DNA from: Nitrospirota bacterium
GTDB taxonomy: Bacteria > Nitrospirota > Thermodesulfovibrionia > Thermodesulfovibrionales > Dissulfurispiraceae
Reading direction: 5' to 3'
Assembly: GCA_021791055.1 (NCBI GenBank)
Contig: JAJYXI010000051.1
Location: forward strand, 1,653 to 65,652
Length of the DNA: 64,000 nt
Made by a program: the position numbers and the translations under genes. This document shows, piece by piece, positions 18,144 to 28,350 of the stretch. Within the stretch, counting starts at the first letter, position 1. Each line of letters starts with the position of its first letter. The notes under the pieces are model-generated. The model was not told the origin of the DNA and ran no database searches. It worked only from the letters and a program-made list of their open reading frames with translations.

Positions 18144-19439
18144 ATGAAAAAGGTAGTTATTACAGGTATTGGTGCAGTTACACCGCTATCAGATAATTTT
18201 CCTGATTCTTGGTCTCTTGTAAAAAAAGGTGTTTCAGGAATAGACAGGATTACAAAGTTCGATGTCTTGGGCTCGCCTTGGAAAATGGCAGGAGAAGTTA
18301 AGAAGTTCAAACCTGAGTTGTATTTATCCAAAAAGGAGATTCTGCGGCTCGACCCTTTTGTGCAGTATGCAGTCGCATCGGCAATGATGGCTGCTGAAAA
18401 TGCGGGACTGGTAAAACAGAGGTCAGAAGTCAGAAGTCAGAAGTCAGCACCCCCCCAGCCCCCCCTTACCAAGGGGGGGATTAGAGGGGGGGTTATAATA
18501 GGGTCAAGCAGGGGAGGAATAACTACAATAGAAAAAGAACTGCAAAAATTATACGGTTCGCGGTTCACGGTTCACGGTTCACGGATTTCGCCCTATCTTA
18601 TGCCGTCTACCACTATCAGCATGGCTGCATCTTATGCGGCGCAGAAATTAGGCATCAAGGGTCATTGTTTAGGCATCTCCAATGCATGTGCATCCGGGAC
18701 AAATGCCATTGGAGAGGCGTACAGACTGATAAGGCATGGCTATGCAGACATAATTATAGCAGGCGGAGCTGAAGCGCCAGTGTGCAGGCTATGCGTAGAA
18801 GGATACGGCATTTCGGGTGCATTATCAAAAACAGATAATCCATCTGCAAGCAAACCTTTTGACAGGAAAAGAGATAGCTTTGTCATTGCTGAAGGAGCCT
18901 GTGTCTTGGTGCTTGAAGGATATGAATCTGCATTAAAGAGAAATGCTACAATCTATGCCGAAATAATTGGTTACAGCAACACAACAGACGCCTTTCATAT
19001 AACAAGGCCTGATATTGAAGGTGAGGTGATAGCAATACGCACCGCACTTGAAGATGCAGGGATATCACCAACAGATGTTGATTATATCAATGCACATGGA
19101 ACATCTACGCCAATTGGGGATAAGACAGAGGCAGAGGCAATAAAAGGGGTCTTCAAAAATAGCGTATCACGAATACCTGCCAAAATTCCTGTCACTTCAA
19201 TAAAATCAATGACAGGACACATGCTTGCGGCATCAGGCGCATTCGAAACAGCATGCACTGCAGTGAGTATTAAAGAAGGCATTATACCTCCGACAATTAA
19301 TGTTACAGAAAAAGACCCTGAGTGTGACATTAATATTGTGACGGAAAAAAGAAATGCTGACATCAGAATTGCCATAACTAACTCATTTGGATTTGGAGGG
19401 GTAAATGCGGTGATAGTTCTGAAAAAGATAATGGAGTGA
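18144..19439 (+). CDS. fabF: Beta-ketoacyl-ACP synthase II family (FabF-like)
   Basis: VVITGIG, NACASG (Cys), NAHGTST, GHML, NSFGFGG. Confidence 0.9.
   Translation: MKKVVITGIGAVTPLSDNFPDSWSLVKKGVSGIDRITKFDVLGSPWKMAGEVKKFKPELYLSKKEILRLDPFVQYAVASAMMAAENAGLVKQRSEVRSQKSAPPQPPLTKGGIRGGVIIGSSRGGITTIEKELQKLYGSRFTVHGSRISPYLMPSTTISMAASYAAQKLGIKGHCLGISNACASGTNAIGEAYRLIRHGYADIIIAGGAEAPVCRLCVEGYGISGALSKTDNPSASKPFDRKRDSFVIAEGACVLVLEGYESALKRNATIYAEIIGYSNTTDAFHITRPDIEGEVIAIRTALEDAGISPTDVDYINAHGTSTPIGDKTEAEAIKGVFKNSVSRIPAKIPVTSIKSMTGHMLAASGAFETACTAVSIKEGIIPPTINVTEKDPECDINIVTEKRNADIRIAITNSFGFGGVNAVIVLKKIME
18417..18493. repeat. Composite intragenic insert in fabF: (CAGAAGT)~4 array abutting a 45-bp C/G-run palindrome
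   Basis: cagaggt cagaagt x3, then the 18449-18493 palindrome with core ccccccc-ttaccaa-ggggggg; encodes QRSEVRSQKSAPPQPPLTKGGIRGG. Confidence 0.9.
18553..18584. repeat. Intragenic heptamer array (ACGGTTC)~4.5 in fabF
   Basis: Encodes GSRFTVHGSR; same unit as in murF. Confidence 0.9.
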
Positions 19440-19522
19440 TGGAGTATTGAAAAGACTAAAAAGATTGAGAATTAAAAGGCCATTATTCCAACACTCCATT
19501 ACTCCATTACTCCATTACTCCA
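19429..19522. terminator. Inverted octamer arrays between convergent fabF and GNAT genes, probable bidirectional terminator hairpin
   Basis: taatggag tgatggag tattgaaa facing ccattatt ccaacact ccattact x3. Confidence 0.55.
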
Positions 19523-20631
19523 CTTATTTTCTTCTCATAAACCCTGTACCTTTTATAAAGTCTCGCTCCGAACATTTCACAAATTCTTATAACAGAAATG
19601 TTGTCTTCAAGAATCCACGAAAACTCTATTCTCTTATACCCGCCTTTTTTAATGTTCTTATGTCCCACTTTAAACAAAAGCGCATCAACACCCCTGTTGC
19701 GATATTCGGGCTTAATGCCATAGAGCAACAATCTAAGGTCGGTGATTTTCCTTGAATAATAAAGCGCCTTTAGTATGGTTATGGGATTAAGTCTTCCCCC
19801 CATATGCCTCAGGACAAAATTAAAATCCGGGATAAGGCCGAGGAATCCGATAGGCTCCCCATCCTTTTCTGCAATAAGGGTCAAATCCGGGACTGCCAAG
19901 GGCTTCAGCCTGCCTGCGCTGTAAGCAAGCTCTTCATCACTAATCGGAATAAAGCCCCAGTTCTTCTCCCATGCAGAATTATAGACATTCTGGAAAATCT
20001 TCATATCAGCCATGAAATTCTTTTTATCAATAGTCCTGACTGTTATTCCTTTTCTCTCAGCCAATGCAGCTACTCTCAAAACCTTCTCCGGCAATTCCTC
20101 CTGCATATCGTAAATATATGCATGGAGGTCTTTTGATTTTGACATGCCGAAGGCAGTCATCAGATCATTGTAATACGGAAGATTGTAAGGCATCATGAGC
20201 ATTGGAGGACTGTCGAATCCTTCGATTAAAAAACCGCACTCCTCATTTGTGGAAAAATTCATAGGCCCGCGCATTGTCTCCATACCTTGATTTTTCAGTT
20301 CATTCTGGACTCTGCTCAACAAGGCACCTGAGACAGTGCTGTCATTGATGCACTCAAAAAAACCGAAGAATCCTGCCTTTTCTTTATGCAGCCTGATATG
20401 CTGAGGATTTATAATTGATGCTATGCGGCCGGCAATATTCCCGTCTTTCACTGCCAGAAAAAATTTTACATCCGCGTGTTTTAAAAATGGGTTTTTATCC
20501 GAAAAATGCCCCTTCATGTCCCATGTCAATTGAGGGACATAAAGATTATCGTTTTTGTAAAGATCGAGGGGGAATTTTATAAAGGCATTAATTTCTGATC
20601 TTGTTTTGGTTTCTATTATTTTAATCATCAT
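19507..20631 (-). CDS. GNAT-fold N-acyltransferase, bacterial ceramide synthase (bCerS/YghO-like), copy 1
   Basis: AGRIA, GFFGFFEC, MRGPMNFSTNEECG, YNSAWEKNWGF, EFSWILEDN; context with spt. Confidence 0.75.
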   Translation of the reverse strand: MMIKIIETKTRSEINAFIKFPLDLYKNDNLYVPQLTWDMKGHFSDKNPFLKHADVKFFLAVKDGNIAGRIASIINPQHIRLHKEKAGFFGFFECINDSTVSGALLSRVQNELKNQGMETMRGPMNFSTNEECGFLIEGFDSPPMLMMPYNLPYYNDLMTAFGMSKSKDLHAYIYDMQEELPEKVLRVAALAERKGITVRTIDKKNFMADMKIFQNVYNSAWEKNWGFIPISDEELAYSAGRLKPLAVPDLTLIAEKDGEPIGFLGLIPDFNFVLRHMGGRLNPITILKALYYSRKITDLRLLLYGIKPEYRNRGVDALLFKVGHKNIKKGGYKRIEFSWILEDNISVIRICEMFGARLYKRYRVYEKKISGVME

Positions 20632-20660
20632 TAAAAAGTAAATAGTATGCTGAATTTAGC

Positions 20661-20705
20661 GATAGGAGATAAAGTATTGGAGCGACTTCGGCAGCCCAAG
20701 CGTAA
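20661..20705. repeat. Left-half copy of the 22650-22779 palindromic element, truncated next to the transposase
   Basis: gataggagataaagtatt..agcgacttcggcagcccaagcgtaa; 20681-20705 is identical to 22670-22694. Confidence 0.75.
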
Positions 20706-20739
20706 TATGAAAATAATAAATAGGGACAGCGACCATTTA

Positions 20740-20769
20740 TTGACATAAATAGAATGGATGCTTTACTAT
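20740..20769 (+). promoter_or_regulatory. sigma70 promoter, probably giving a leaderless transposase mRNA
   Basis: TTGACA-N18-TACTAT; the ATG is 6 nt after the -10 element and has no SD. Confidence 0.6.
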
Positions 20770-20775
20770 TAGCGC

Positions 20776-21441
20776 ATGCCGAGAATAGCCAGAGCAGTTG
20801 CAGTCGGATTCCCACATCATATCACTCAGCGGGGTAACTATCGTCAGAGAGTCTTTGAAAACGATGATGATTACCTCCAGTATTTGGAATGGTTGCAGAT
20901 GTACAGCAAAAAATATGCTTTGAAGATATGGGGCTACTGCCTCATGAGCAATCATGTGCACTTCATAGCTGTGCCTATGGAAGGCGATTCCCTTTCAAAG
21001 ACCTTTAACACCCTTCATATGAGATATTCACAGCACATCAACTCAAGACAAGAAAACAGAGGACACCTATGGCAAGGACGCTTCTTTTCCTGTGCGCTTG
21101 ATGAAAGACATCTCTATGCTGCTATGCGATATGTAGAAAATAATTCCGTAAAGGCTCGTCTTGTTAAGAAGGCTGAAAATTACCGTTGGTCAAGCGCCCG
21201 CGCTCATGCAACGGGAACGATTGATGCGGTCTTAGCAAATGACTGTTATATGGTTGAAAGAATAAAAGATTGGTCGGCATATCTCAGGGAGAAAGAGGAT
21301 ACAATATTAGTAGCGGATATTCGGCAAAGCACAAAGACGGGTCGCCCATGTGGAGACAACAGGTTTGTAATGAAGATGGAGAAGCTGCTCGGAAGGAAAC
21401 TGATTGCCTTGCCGAAAGGAAGACCTCGCAAAACAAATTAA
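20776..21441 (+). CDS. REP-associated tyrosine transposase-like (IS200/IS605 Y1 HUH family)
   Basis: PHHITQRGN, LMSNHVH (HUH), GHLWQGRF, YVENN, WSS. Confidence 0.92.
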   Translation: MPRIARAVAVGFPHHITQRGNYRQRVFENDDDYLQYLEWLQMYSKKYALKIWGYCLMSNHVHFIAVPMEGDSLSKTFNTLHMRYSQHINSRQENRGHLWQGRFFSCALDERHLYAAMRYVENNSVKARLVKKAENYRWSSARAHATGTIDAVLANDCYMVERIKDWSAYLREKEDTILVADIRQSTKTGRPCGDNRFVMKMEKLLGRKLIALPKGRPRKTN

Positions 21442-21512
21442 ACGGGCGCTGTCCCTATTAAAACTATGGGGTGATTACCCGCGCTGGTTAAGGCCATCGT
21501 TCTAAAAACGAT

Positions 21513-22622
21513 TTAGCCTATTGCCTTCTCATATATCCTGTACTTCTTATACAGCCTTCCCTCTACCATTTCCGAAATCCTTATTACAGGGATATTGTCT
21601 TCAAGTATCCACGAAAATTCAACCCTCTTGTAATTTCCGTCCTTTATCCCTTTAAATCCATACCTGAGAAGCAGGGCGTCAACCCCCCTGCTTCTGTATT
21701 CCGGCTTAATTCCTAAAAGGAGCAGCCTGAGGTCCGTGATCTTTCTTGAATAATAAAGCGCCTTGAGGATAGACACAGGGTTAAGCCTGCCGTTCATCCT
21801 TTTCAAAACAAAATTATAATCCGGTACCAATCCAAGAAAGCCGACCTGCTCGCCGTCTTTTTCCGCAATAAGCGTCAGTTCAGGGACAGCGATAGGCTTA
21901 AGCTTTCCTGCGTTGTAAGCAAGCTCCTCATCGGAAAGAGGGACAAATCCCCAATTCCCTTGCCATGCCGAATTATAGAGTCTTTGAAACGCCTGCATGT
22001 CCGTCATAAAATTCTTTTTGTCGATGTGCCTGACACTAATTCCCTTCCTCTCTGCCAGTGCAGCCACCCTTAAAACCTTTTCAGGCAATCTCTCTTTGGT
22101 ATGATAAATAAAGGCGTAGAGGTCTTTTGATTTGACCATTCCATAAGCATCCACCAAGTCATTGTAATAAGGCGGATTGTAAGGGGTCATGAGCATAGGA
22201 GAAGTATCAAACCCCTCTGTTAAAAAACCGCACTCCTCATTCGTGGAAAAATTCATAGGGCCGCGCATAATATCCATGCCCTGACCTTTTAATTCATCCC
22301 GCACCTTATTTAACAATGCATCGGAAATTTCACGGTCGTTAATGCATTCAAAAAATCCGAAAAACCCGGCCTTTTCTTTATGCAACCTGATATGCTGAGG
22401 ATTTATAATTGATGCTATGCGACCGGCAATATTCCCGTCTTTCACTGCCAGAAAAAATTTTACATCCGCGTGTTTTAAAAATGGGTTTTTATCCGAAAAA
22501 TGCCCCTTCATGTCCCATGTCAATTGAGGGACATAAAGATTATCGTTTTTGTAAAGATCAAGCGGAAATTTTATGAATGCATTAATATCTGATTTTGTCT
22601 TGATTTCTATTATGTTAATCAT
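21513..22622 (-). CDS. GNAT-fold N-acyltransferase, bCerS/YghO-like, copy 2
   Basis: Paralog of 19507-20631; true start probably MINIIEIK at 22622. Confidence 0.75.
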   Translation of the reverse strand: MINIIEIKTKSDINAFIKFPLDLYKNDNLYVPQLTWDMKGHFSDKNPFLKHADVKFFLAVKDGNIAGRIASIINPQHIRLHKEKAGFFGFFECINDREISDALLNKVRDELKGQGMDIMRGPMNFSTNEECGFLTEGFDTSPMLMTPYNPPYYNDLVDAYGMVKSKDLYAFIYHTKERLPEKVLRVAALAERKGISVRHIDKKNFMTDMQAFQRLYNSAWQGNWGFVPLSDEELAYNAGKLKPIAVPELTLIAEKDGEQVGFLGLVPDYNFVLKRMNGRLNPVSILKALYYSRKITDLRLLLLGIKPEYRSRGVDALLLRYGFKGIKDGNYKRVEFSWILEDNIPVIRISEMVEGRLYKKYRIYEKAIG

Positions 22623-22649
22623 TATTAAAAAAAATATGCTTAATTTCAA

Positions 22650-22779
22650 GATATAAGATAACGTATTGTAGCGACTTCGGCAGCCCAAGCGTAACATGGA
22701 TGTTTAAGCGGGCTGGCGCAGCTTCGGAGGCAGGCCGGATGCCTTCCGAGAATGAAGCGGAAATACGTTATCTCCTATC
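22650..22779. repeat. ~130-bp structured intergenic element with 18-bp terminal inverted repeats (MITE/REP-like)
   Basis: gatataagataacgtatt...aatacgttatctcctatc; internal stems cagccc/gggctg and cggaggca/tgccttccg. Confidence 0.7.
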
Positions 22780-22785
22780 ATAAAG

Positions 22786-23973
22786 TTATATCAACTCCAG
22801 TGCCTTGCCAACCTTTTTGAATGCATCAAGCACCTTATCGAGATGCTCGTCTGTATGCGTGGCCATGTAGCTCGTTCTTATTAGCGCCTTTCCAGGAGGC
22901 ACTGCCGGAGAAACAGCAACATTTGCAAATACTCCCTCCTCCTGAAGCATCATCACGAATTTAAAAGCCACTTCATCCTCTCCCACGATGATGGGGATAA
23001 TGGGAGTCTCGCTGGGCCCTATTTCAAAGCCGAGTTCTTTAAAGCCTTTAAGCATTCTATGGGTATTTTCCCAGAGCCTTTCTATTCTTTCAGGCTCGCT
23101 CTCGATAATGTCCAGTGCGGAGCTTACAGCCGCTATCGATGCAGGAGGCGGGCTTGCGCTGAATATCAATGCCCTCGCAAAGTGCTTAATATAATGAATA
23201 ACATCCGCATCGCCTGCTATAAAACCGCCTATGGATGCAAGGGATTTGCTGTATGTGCCCATTATCAAATCCACCTCATTCTCTAAGCCGAAATGCTCTG
23301 CAGTGCCTCTGCCTGTCTTTCCCAAGACACCGATTCCGTGCGCATCATCAACCAGAAGCCTTGCGCCGTATTTCTTGGTTATCTTCAATACTTCGGGGAG
23401 ATTGATAACATCTCCCTCCATGCTGAATACTCCGTCAACGACAACGAGCTTACCTCTGCCGTTATTCTCATTGAGTATTCTCTCAAGGTCAGCCATGTCA
23501 TTGTGCTTGAACCGCTTGACCTCTCCATATGAGAGCCTGCAGCCGTCAACAATGCTTGCATGATCCATCTTGTCGATTATGACAATATCATCTTTTCCGA
23601 CAAGTGCGGATATTACTCCTAAATTGACCTGAAAACCTGTAGAAAACACAAGGGCAGCATCTTTCCTCATAAAACGGGCAAGCTTTTCTTCAAGTCTCAC
23701 ATGTATGTCGAGCGTCCCGTTAAGAAACCTTGAGCCTGCGCAGCCTGTACCGTATTTTTTTACAGCCTCAATTGCCGCCTCTTTGACCTTCGGATGATTG
23801 GTAAGTCCGAGATAATTGTTTGAACCAACCATTATCATCTTTCTGCCGTTTATTATTACCTCGGGATCCTGTGCGCTCTCTATTACCCTAAAAAAAGGAT
23901 AAACTCCTATCTTCTGCAGTTCCTTGGCGGTATTAAATTTAAAGCACTTTTCAAATATGTCTGTAGTTTTCAT
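22786..23973 (-). CDS. spt: Serine palmitoyltransferase-like alpha-oxoamine synthase (PLP)
   Basis: [35 protein letters not shown]; start probably 23973 (ATGA overlap); a separate BioF is present at 63175. Confidence 0.75.
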   Translation of the reverse strand: MKTTDIFEKCFKFNTAKELQKIGVYPFFRVIESAQDPEVIINGRKMIMVGSNNYLGLTNHPKVKEAAIEAVKKYGTGCAGSRFLNGTLDIHVRLEEKLARFMRKDAALVFSTGFQVNLGVISALVGKDDIVIIDKMDHASIVDGCRLSYGEVKRFKHNDMADLERILNENNGRGKLVVVDGVFSMEGDVINLPEVLKITKKYGARLLVDDAHGIGVLGKTGRGTAEHFGLENEVDLIMGTYSKSLASIGGFIAGDADVIHYIKHFARALIFSASPPPASIAAVSSALDIIESEPERIERLWENTHRMLKGFKELGFEIGPSETPIIPIIVGEDEVAFKFVMMLQEEGVFANVAVSPAVPPGKALIRTSYMATHTDEHLDKVLDAFKKVGKALELI

Positions 23974-24932
23974 ATCCATTGATGTATCCTGTACCAGTCT
24001 GCTGTCCATCTTGCTCCTTCCTTTATTTTTACCTTTGGCTCAAACTTCAGCCTCTCTGTTGCCCTGGTCGTGTCACAAATCCATTGAGAATGCCGCATCT
24101 CTTTTATTTTATCAGTATTAATTATACTTGCCCCTTTTGCCTTTTCAGAGATAAATCCAAGCAGCGGCATAACAAACTTCGGTATATTCAATTTCATCGG
24201 CCTCCTTTGCAGTGCATCGGATATCGCCTCAATAATATCATCAGTGGAATAAATATTGCCATCCGACATGAAGAAAGTCTCACCTTCTGCATCCTTGCTC
24301 AGAGCAGAGAGTATTATACCATTTATTAAATCTTCAACATATAAAAAAGAGTAATAGCACTTGCCCCAATATGGGATTACACCTGATTTTACCATCTTAA
24401 AGAAGACCAGCAGATCCCTGTCTCTCGGGCCGTAAACTGCAGGAGGCCTTATAACAGTCACGGGCATATTTTTACTTTGTGCTAAAACTATTTTTTCTCC
24501 CTCCAATTTTGTTCTTCCGTAAACAGAAACAGGCATCGGCTCACAATCTTCTTTCAGAGGCTTTCCATCGCAGCTTGGCCCTGCAGCAGCAAGGCTGCTC
24601 AGATAGACAAATCTCTTAATATTAGGATTATTCGCAAGCACTGCCTGTACGATGTTCTCTGTCCCTCTAACATTTGCATTAAAGAAATCCGCTTCGGAGC
24701 ATGCCTTTGTCAGCCCTGCAAGATGAAAGATATTATCCATATCTCCGACAGCATCATGAAGAGAGCTAATGTTAGTGCAATCTCCTCTCACAATCCTGAC
24801 ATTGAGATCTTCAAGATACCTCAAATTTGATGGATTTCTTACAAGACAGGTAACATCAAAACCTTCACGAATCAGGGCACCTGCAAGATGGCTCCCTATA
24901 AAACCTGTTGCACCAGTAATCAGGGCTTTCAT
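23970..24932 (-). CDS. NAD-dependent epimerase/dehydratase (extended SDR), candidate ceramide reductase CerR
   Basis: [18 protein letters not shown] (YxxxK), RPPAVYGP; translationally coupled to spt. Confidence 0.8.
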   Translation of the reverse strand: MKALITGATGFIGSHLAGALIREGFDVTCLVRNPSNLRYLEDLNVRIVRGDCTNISSLHDAVGDMDNIFHLAGLTKACSEADFFNANVRGTENIVQAVLANNPNIKRFVYLSSLAAAGPSCDGKPLKEDCEPMPVSVYGRTKLEGEKIVLAQSKNMPVTVIRPPAVYGPRDRDLLVFFKMVKSGVIPYWGKCYYSFLYVEDLINGIILSALSKDAEGETFFMSDGNIYSTDDIIEAISDALQRRPMKLNIPKFVMPLLGFISEKAKGASIINTDKIKEMRHSQWICDTTRATERLKFEPKVKIKEGARWTADWYRIHQWI

Positions 24933-24970
24933 AAATCTTGGTTTATTCTAAGGAATATCCAGCACTTTTT

Positions 24971-26272
24971 TCAAGGAATTCTTCTGACCTTAACTTTAAG
25001 TCCTTCAACACCCTCAACAATCACCCTCTCATCCTTATGTATGACATTATCCGAATATGCAGACCAGTATTCACCATGAACAATGACCATGCCGCCTTCA
25101 GGCGTAATATCTGTCTTTGCAACTCCCTCTAAACCGACAAGGCCTTCAACACCTGTTACAGGCTTTCTTTTATATGCCCTGTAGGCGAGCCTGAATGTGA
25201 GGACAAAAAACATGGCGGTTACAATAGCAGCAGGAATGATTACAGTAAGGGAAAGCTTTAAAAATGGCAACGGTGACTCAAAGAGCATCAATGAGCCGAG
25301 AACAATAGATATTATACCTCCAATCGTAAGCATTCCGTATGATATGACCTTTACTTCGAGTATGAAGAGGATAAGGCCGATGATAATAAGCAAAAGTCCT
25401 GCATAATTCACAGGGAGGGTCTGGAAGGAATAGAAGGCAAGGACAAGACAGATGCCTCCAACCACGCCCGGAAATATGGCGCCCGGATTTGTGAGCTCAA
25501 AAAACAGTCCGTAAAAACCGAGCATCATGAGTATATATGCCACATTGGGATCGCTTATTAAATTCAAAATCTTGTGCCTGAAGCTCATCTCATGCCTGAT
25601 AATTTTTGCATTGGCTGTCTTTAATGTTTTGTCTCCATAGGCGGTTTTTACCATCCTGCCGTCTATTTCGGAAAGGAGTATGTTTATATCCTTTGCAATT
25701 ACATCGATAATATTGTTTTTCAATGCCTCTGTCTCTGTAACAGAAACGCTCTTTCTCACAGCATCCTCCGCCCATTTGACATTCCTGCTGCGGGTCTCTG
25801 CGATGGACTTAATATAAGCAGCAGCATCGTTCGTGGCCTTTTCAGCCATCACCTTGTCCATCTTCTCACCCACTGCAACTGGATGCGCAGCGCCTATATT
25901 TGTGCCGGGCGACATTGCAGCGATATGCGCAGCCATTGTTATAAAAACCCCTGCTGACGCAGCCCTTGCACCGCTCGGTGAGACATAAACTATCACAGGA
26001 ACACTGCTTCCGATAATATCCTTCACAATACTCCTCATGGATGTATCAAGGCCACCGGGGGTATCGAGTTCGATAATCAGCGCCTCTGCATTCATTTCTG
26101 CCGCCTTTTTAATGGATTTGCCTATATACTCTGAAGCAACAGGATTGATAACACCATTGACAGTAATGACGAGCACTTCGGATTTTCTGTTTTCGACAGA
26201 ATACAGCAAGGGACTTAAAAAGAGAACAGTAGAGATAAAAATAAGTGCGAGAAAAACAAACTTCCTATTCAT
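24971..26272 (-). CDS. nfeD: NfeD family membrane-bound serine protease (long form)
   Basis: LDTPGG, AASAG, NIGAAHP, TM bundle, C-terminal GEYWSA OB domain. Confidence 0.92.
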   Translation of the reverse strand: MNRKFVFLALIFISTVLFLSPLLYSVENRKSEVLVITVNGVINPVASEYIGKSIKKAAEMNAEALIIELDTPGGLDTSMRSIVKDIIGSSVPVIVYVSPSGARAASAGVFITMAAHIAAMSPGTNIGAAHPVAVGEKMDKVMAEKATNDAAAYIKSIAETRSRNVKWAEDAVRKSVSVTETEALKNNIIDVIAKDINILLSEIDGRMVKTAYGDKTLKTANAKIIRHEMSFRHKILNLISDPNVAYILMMLGFYGLFFELTNPGAIFPGVVGGICLVLAFYSFQTLPVNYAGLLLIIIGLILFILEVKVISYGMLTIGGIISIVLGSLMLFESPLPFLKLSLTVIIPAAIVTAMFFVLTFRLAYRAYKRKPVTGVEGLVGLEGVAKTDITPEGGMVIVHGEYWSAYSDNVIHKDERVIVEGVEGLKVKVRRIP

Positions 26273-26333
26273 GTAGAATTATAACATGAAAAATAGCACC
26301 TGAAGCGAAAGCCAGTTATGCTTATCACAGATA

Positions 26334-27212
26334 TTAGTGGAAAAGCACAATCAGCACAAAACCTGTGAGCATTAAAATCGTGCCCAATAGTCTCTCTCTT
26401 ATCCCCGACTCCTTAAAGAACAGATAGCCATAAAAAACACCTATCAGCAGACTGAGCCTCTTAACAGAAATCATATATGCAACCTTTGTCAGGCTCATTG
26501 CTATCATATGGGAGATTATCATTATGGACTGTAACATTCCAGGAAGAATTGACGATTTTATCGCCCCATTGCGGAATATTACTCTCAACTCATCTCTTCC
26601 CTTGTATAGAGCTATCGGTGTTAGAACAATAACAAGCAACGTAATATAAGTGGCACCGAAGAATATTGGTGAAGAATGTTCAATTGCCCTTTTGCCGAGG
26701 GAGGATGTAAAGCTGTAAATAAGGGCAACGATAATCATGAATATAGAACCTTTCTCTTTTTTGATAGCAATAAACGGCTCTAAAATGCCTTTTTTAAATT
26801 CCTTAAGGTTAAGGGTATAGCCTCCAACTGCAATGAACAAAACACCCAATGCGCCTATGAATGAAACCTTCTCACCAAGGATAATGTATGGAACTATTAT
26901 GAGAAATACTGGCGTAAGGGAAAGAAACGGCAGTGTCAGGCTTAATGGAGAAACCTTTAATGCCTTTATATAAAGGATGATCGCGATTATCTCAAGGGGC
27001 AGCGCTGTGAGAAAGGCCGTGTAGAATTCATTATCAAGTAATGGTACAGGGACAAACAACAGGGACGCAAGGAGAAACGGCAGTGAACACAAGAGCCTGA
27101 GCCATGCAATGAGATACTCATTATGAACCGCCAATGCCTTTTTGGTTAGTGCGTCGCTGGTAGCGAGAGTAACGGCAGAGATGAGAGCAAACAGTATCCA
27201 CAGATTTTCCAT
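26334..27212 (-). CDS. EamA/DMT family transporter
   Basis: About ten hydrophobic segments in two EamA-like halves. Confidence 0.85.
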   Translation of the reverse strand: MENLWILFALISAVTLATSDALTKKALAVHNEYLIAWLRLLCSLPFLLASLLFVPVPLLDNEFYTAFLTALPLEIIAIILYIKALKVSPLSLTLPFLSLTPVFLIIVPYIILGEKVSFIGALGVLFIAVGGYTLNLKEFKKGILEPFIAIKKEKGSIFMIIVALIYSFTSSLGKRAIEHSSPIFFGATYITLLVIVLTPIALYKGRDELRVIFRNGAIKSSILPGMLQSIMIISHMIAMSLTKVAYMISVKRLSLLIGVFYGYLFFKESGIRERLLGTILMLTGFVLIVLFH

Positions 27213-27316
27213 TAAATAATTTTAATGGCTAAAGCTAAAAATAAACAACAAATGAGAAAATATTTTCCAAAATGTGTAAAATAATAGCTCGTTATTCTTA
27301 ATAACCAACAAACTAA

Positions 27317-28348
<1,032 letters not shown>

Positions 28349-28350
28349 GC

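Larger units (their letters stand above)
20719..21459 (+). mobile_element. RAYT/Y1 transposase element bounded by 21-bp imperfect inverted repeats
   Basis: aatagggacagcgaccattta (20719-20739) versus taaacgggcgctgtccctatt (21439-21459), 19/21 complementary. Confidence 0.8.

Noticed and set aside
22623..22697. N-terminal extension of GNAT copy 2 given by the ORF track
   Set aside because: Alignment with copy 1 places the start at 22622; the extension runs through the palindromic element.
22786..24009. Calling the PLP enzyme bioF or kbl
   Set aside because: The GSRFLNGT motif and SDR/GNAT context fit Spt better, and a BioF-type gene starts at 63175; kbl is not formally excluded.
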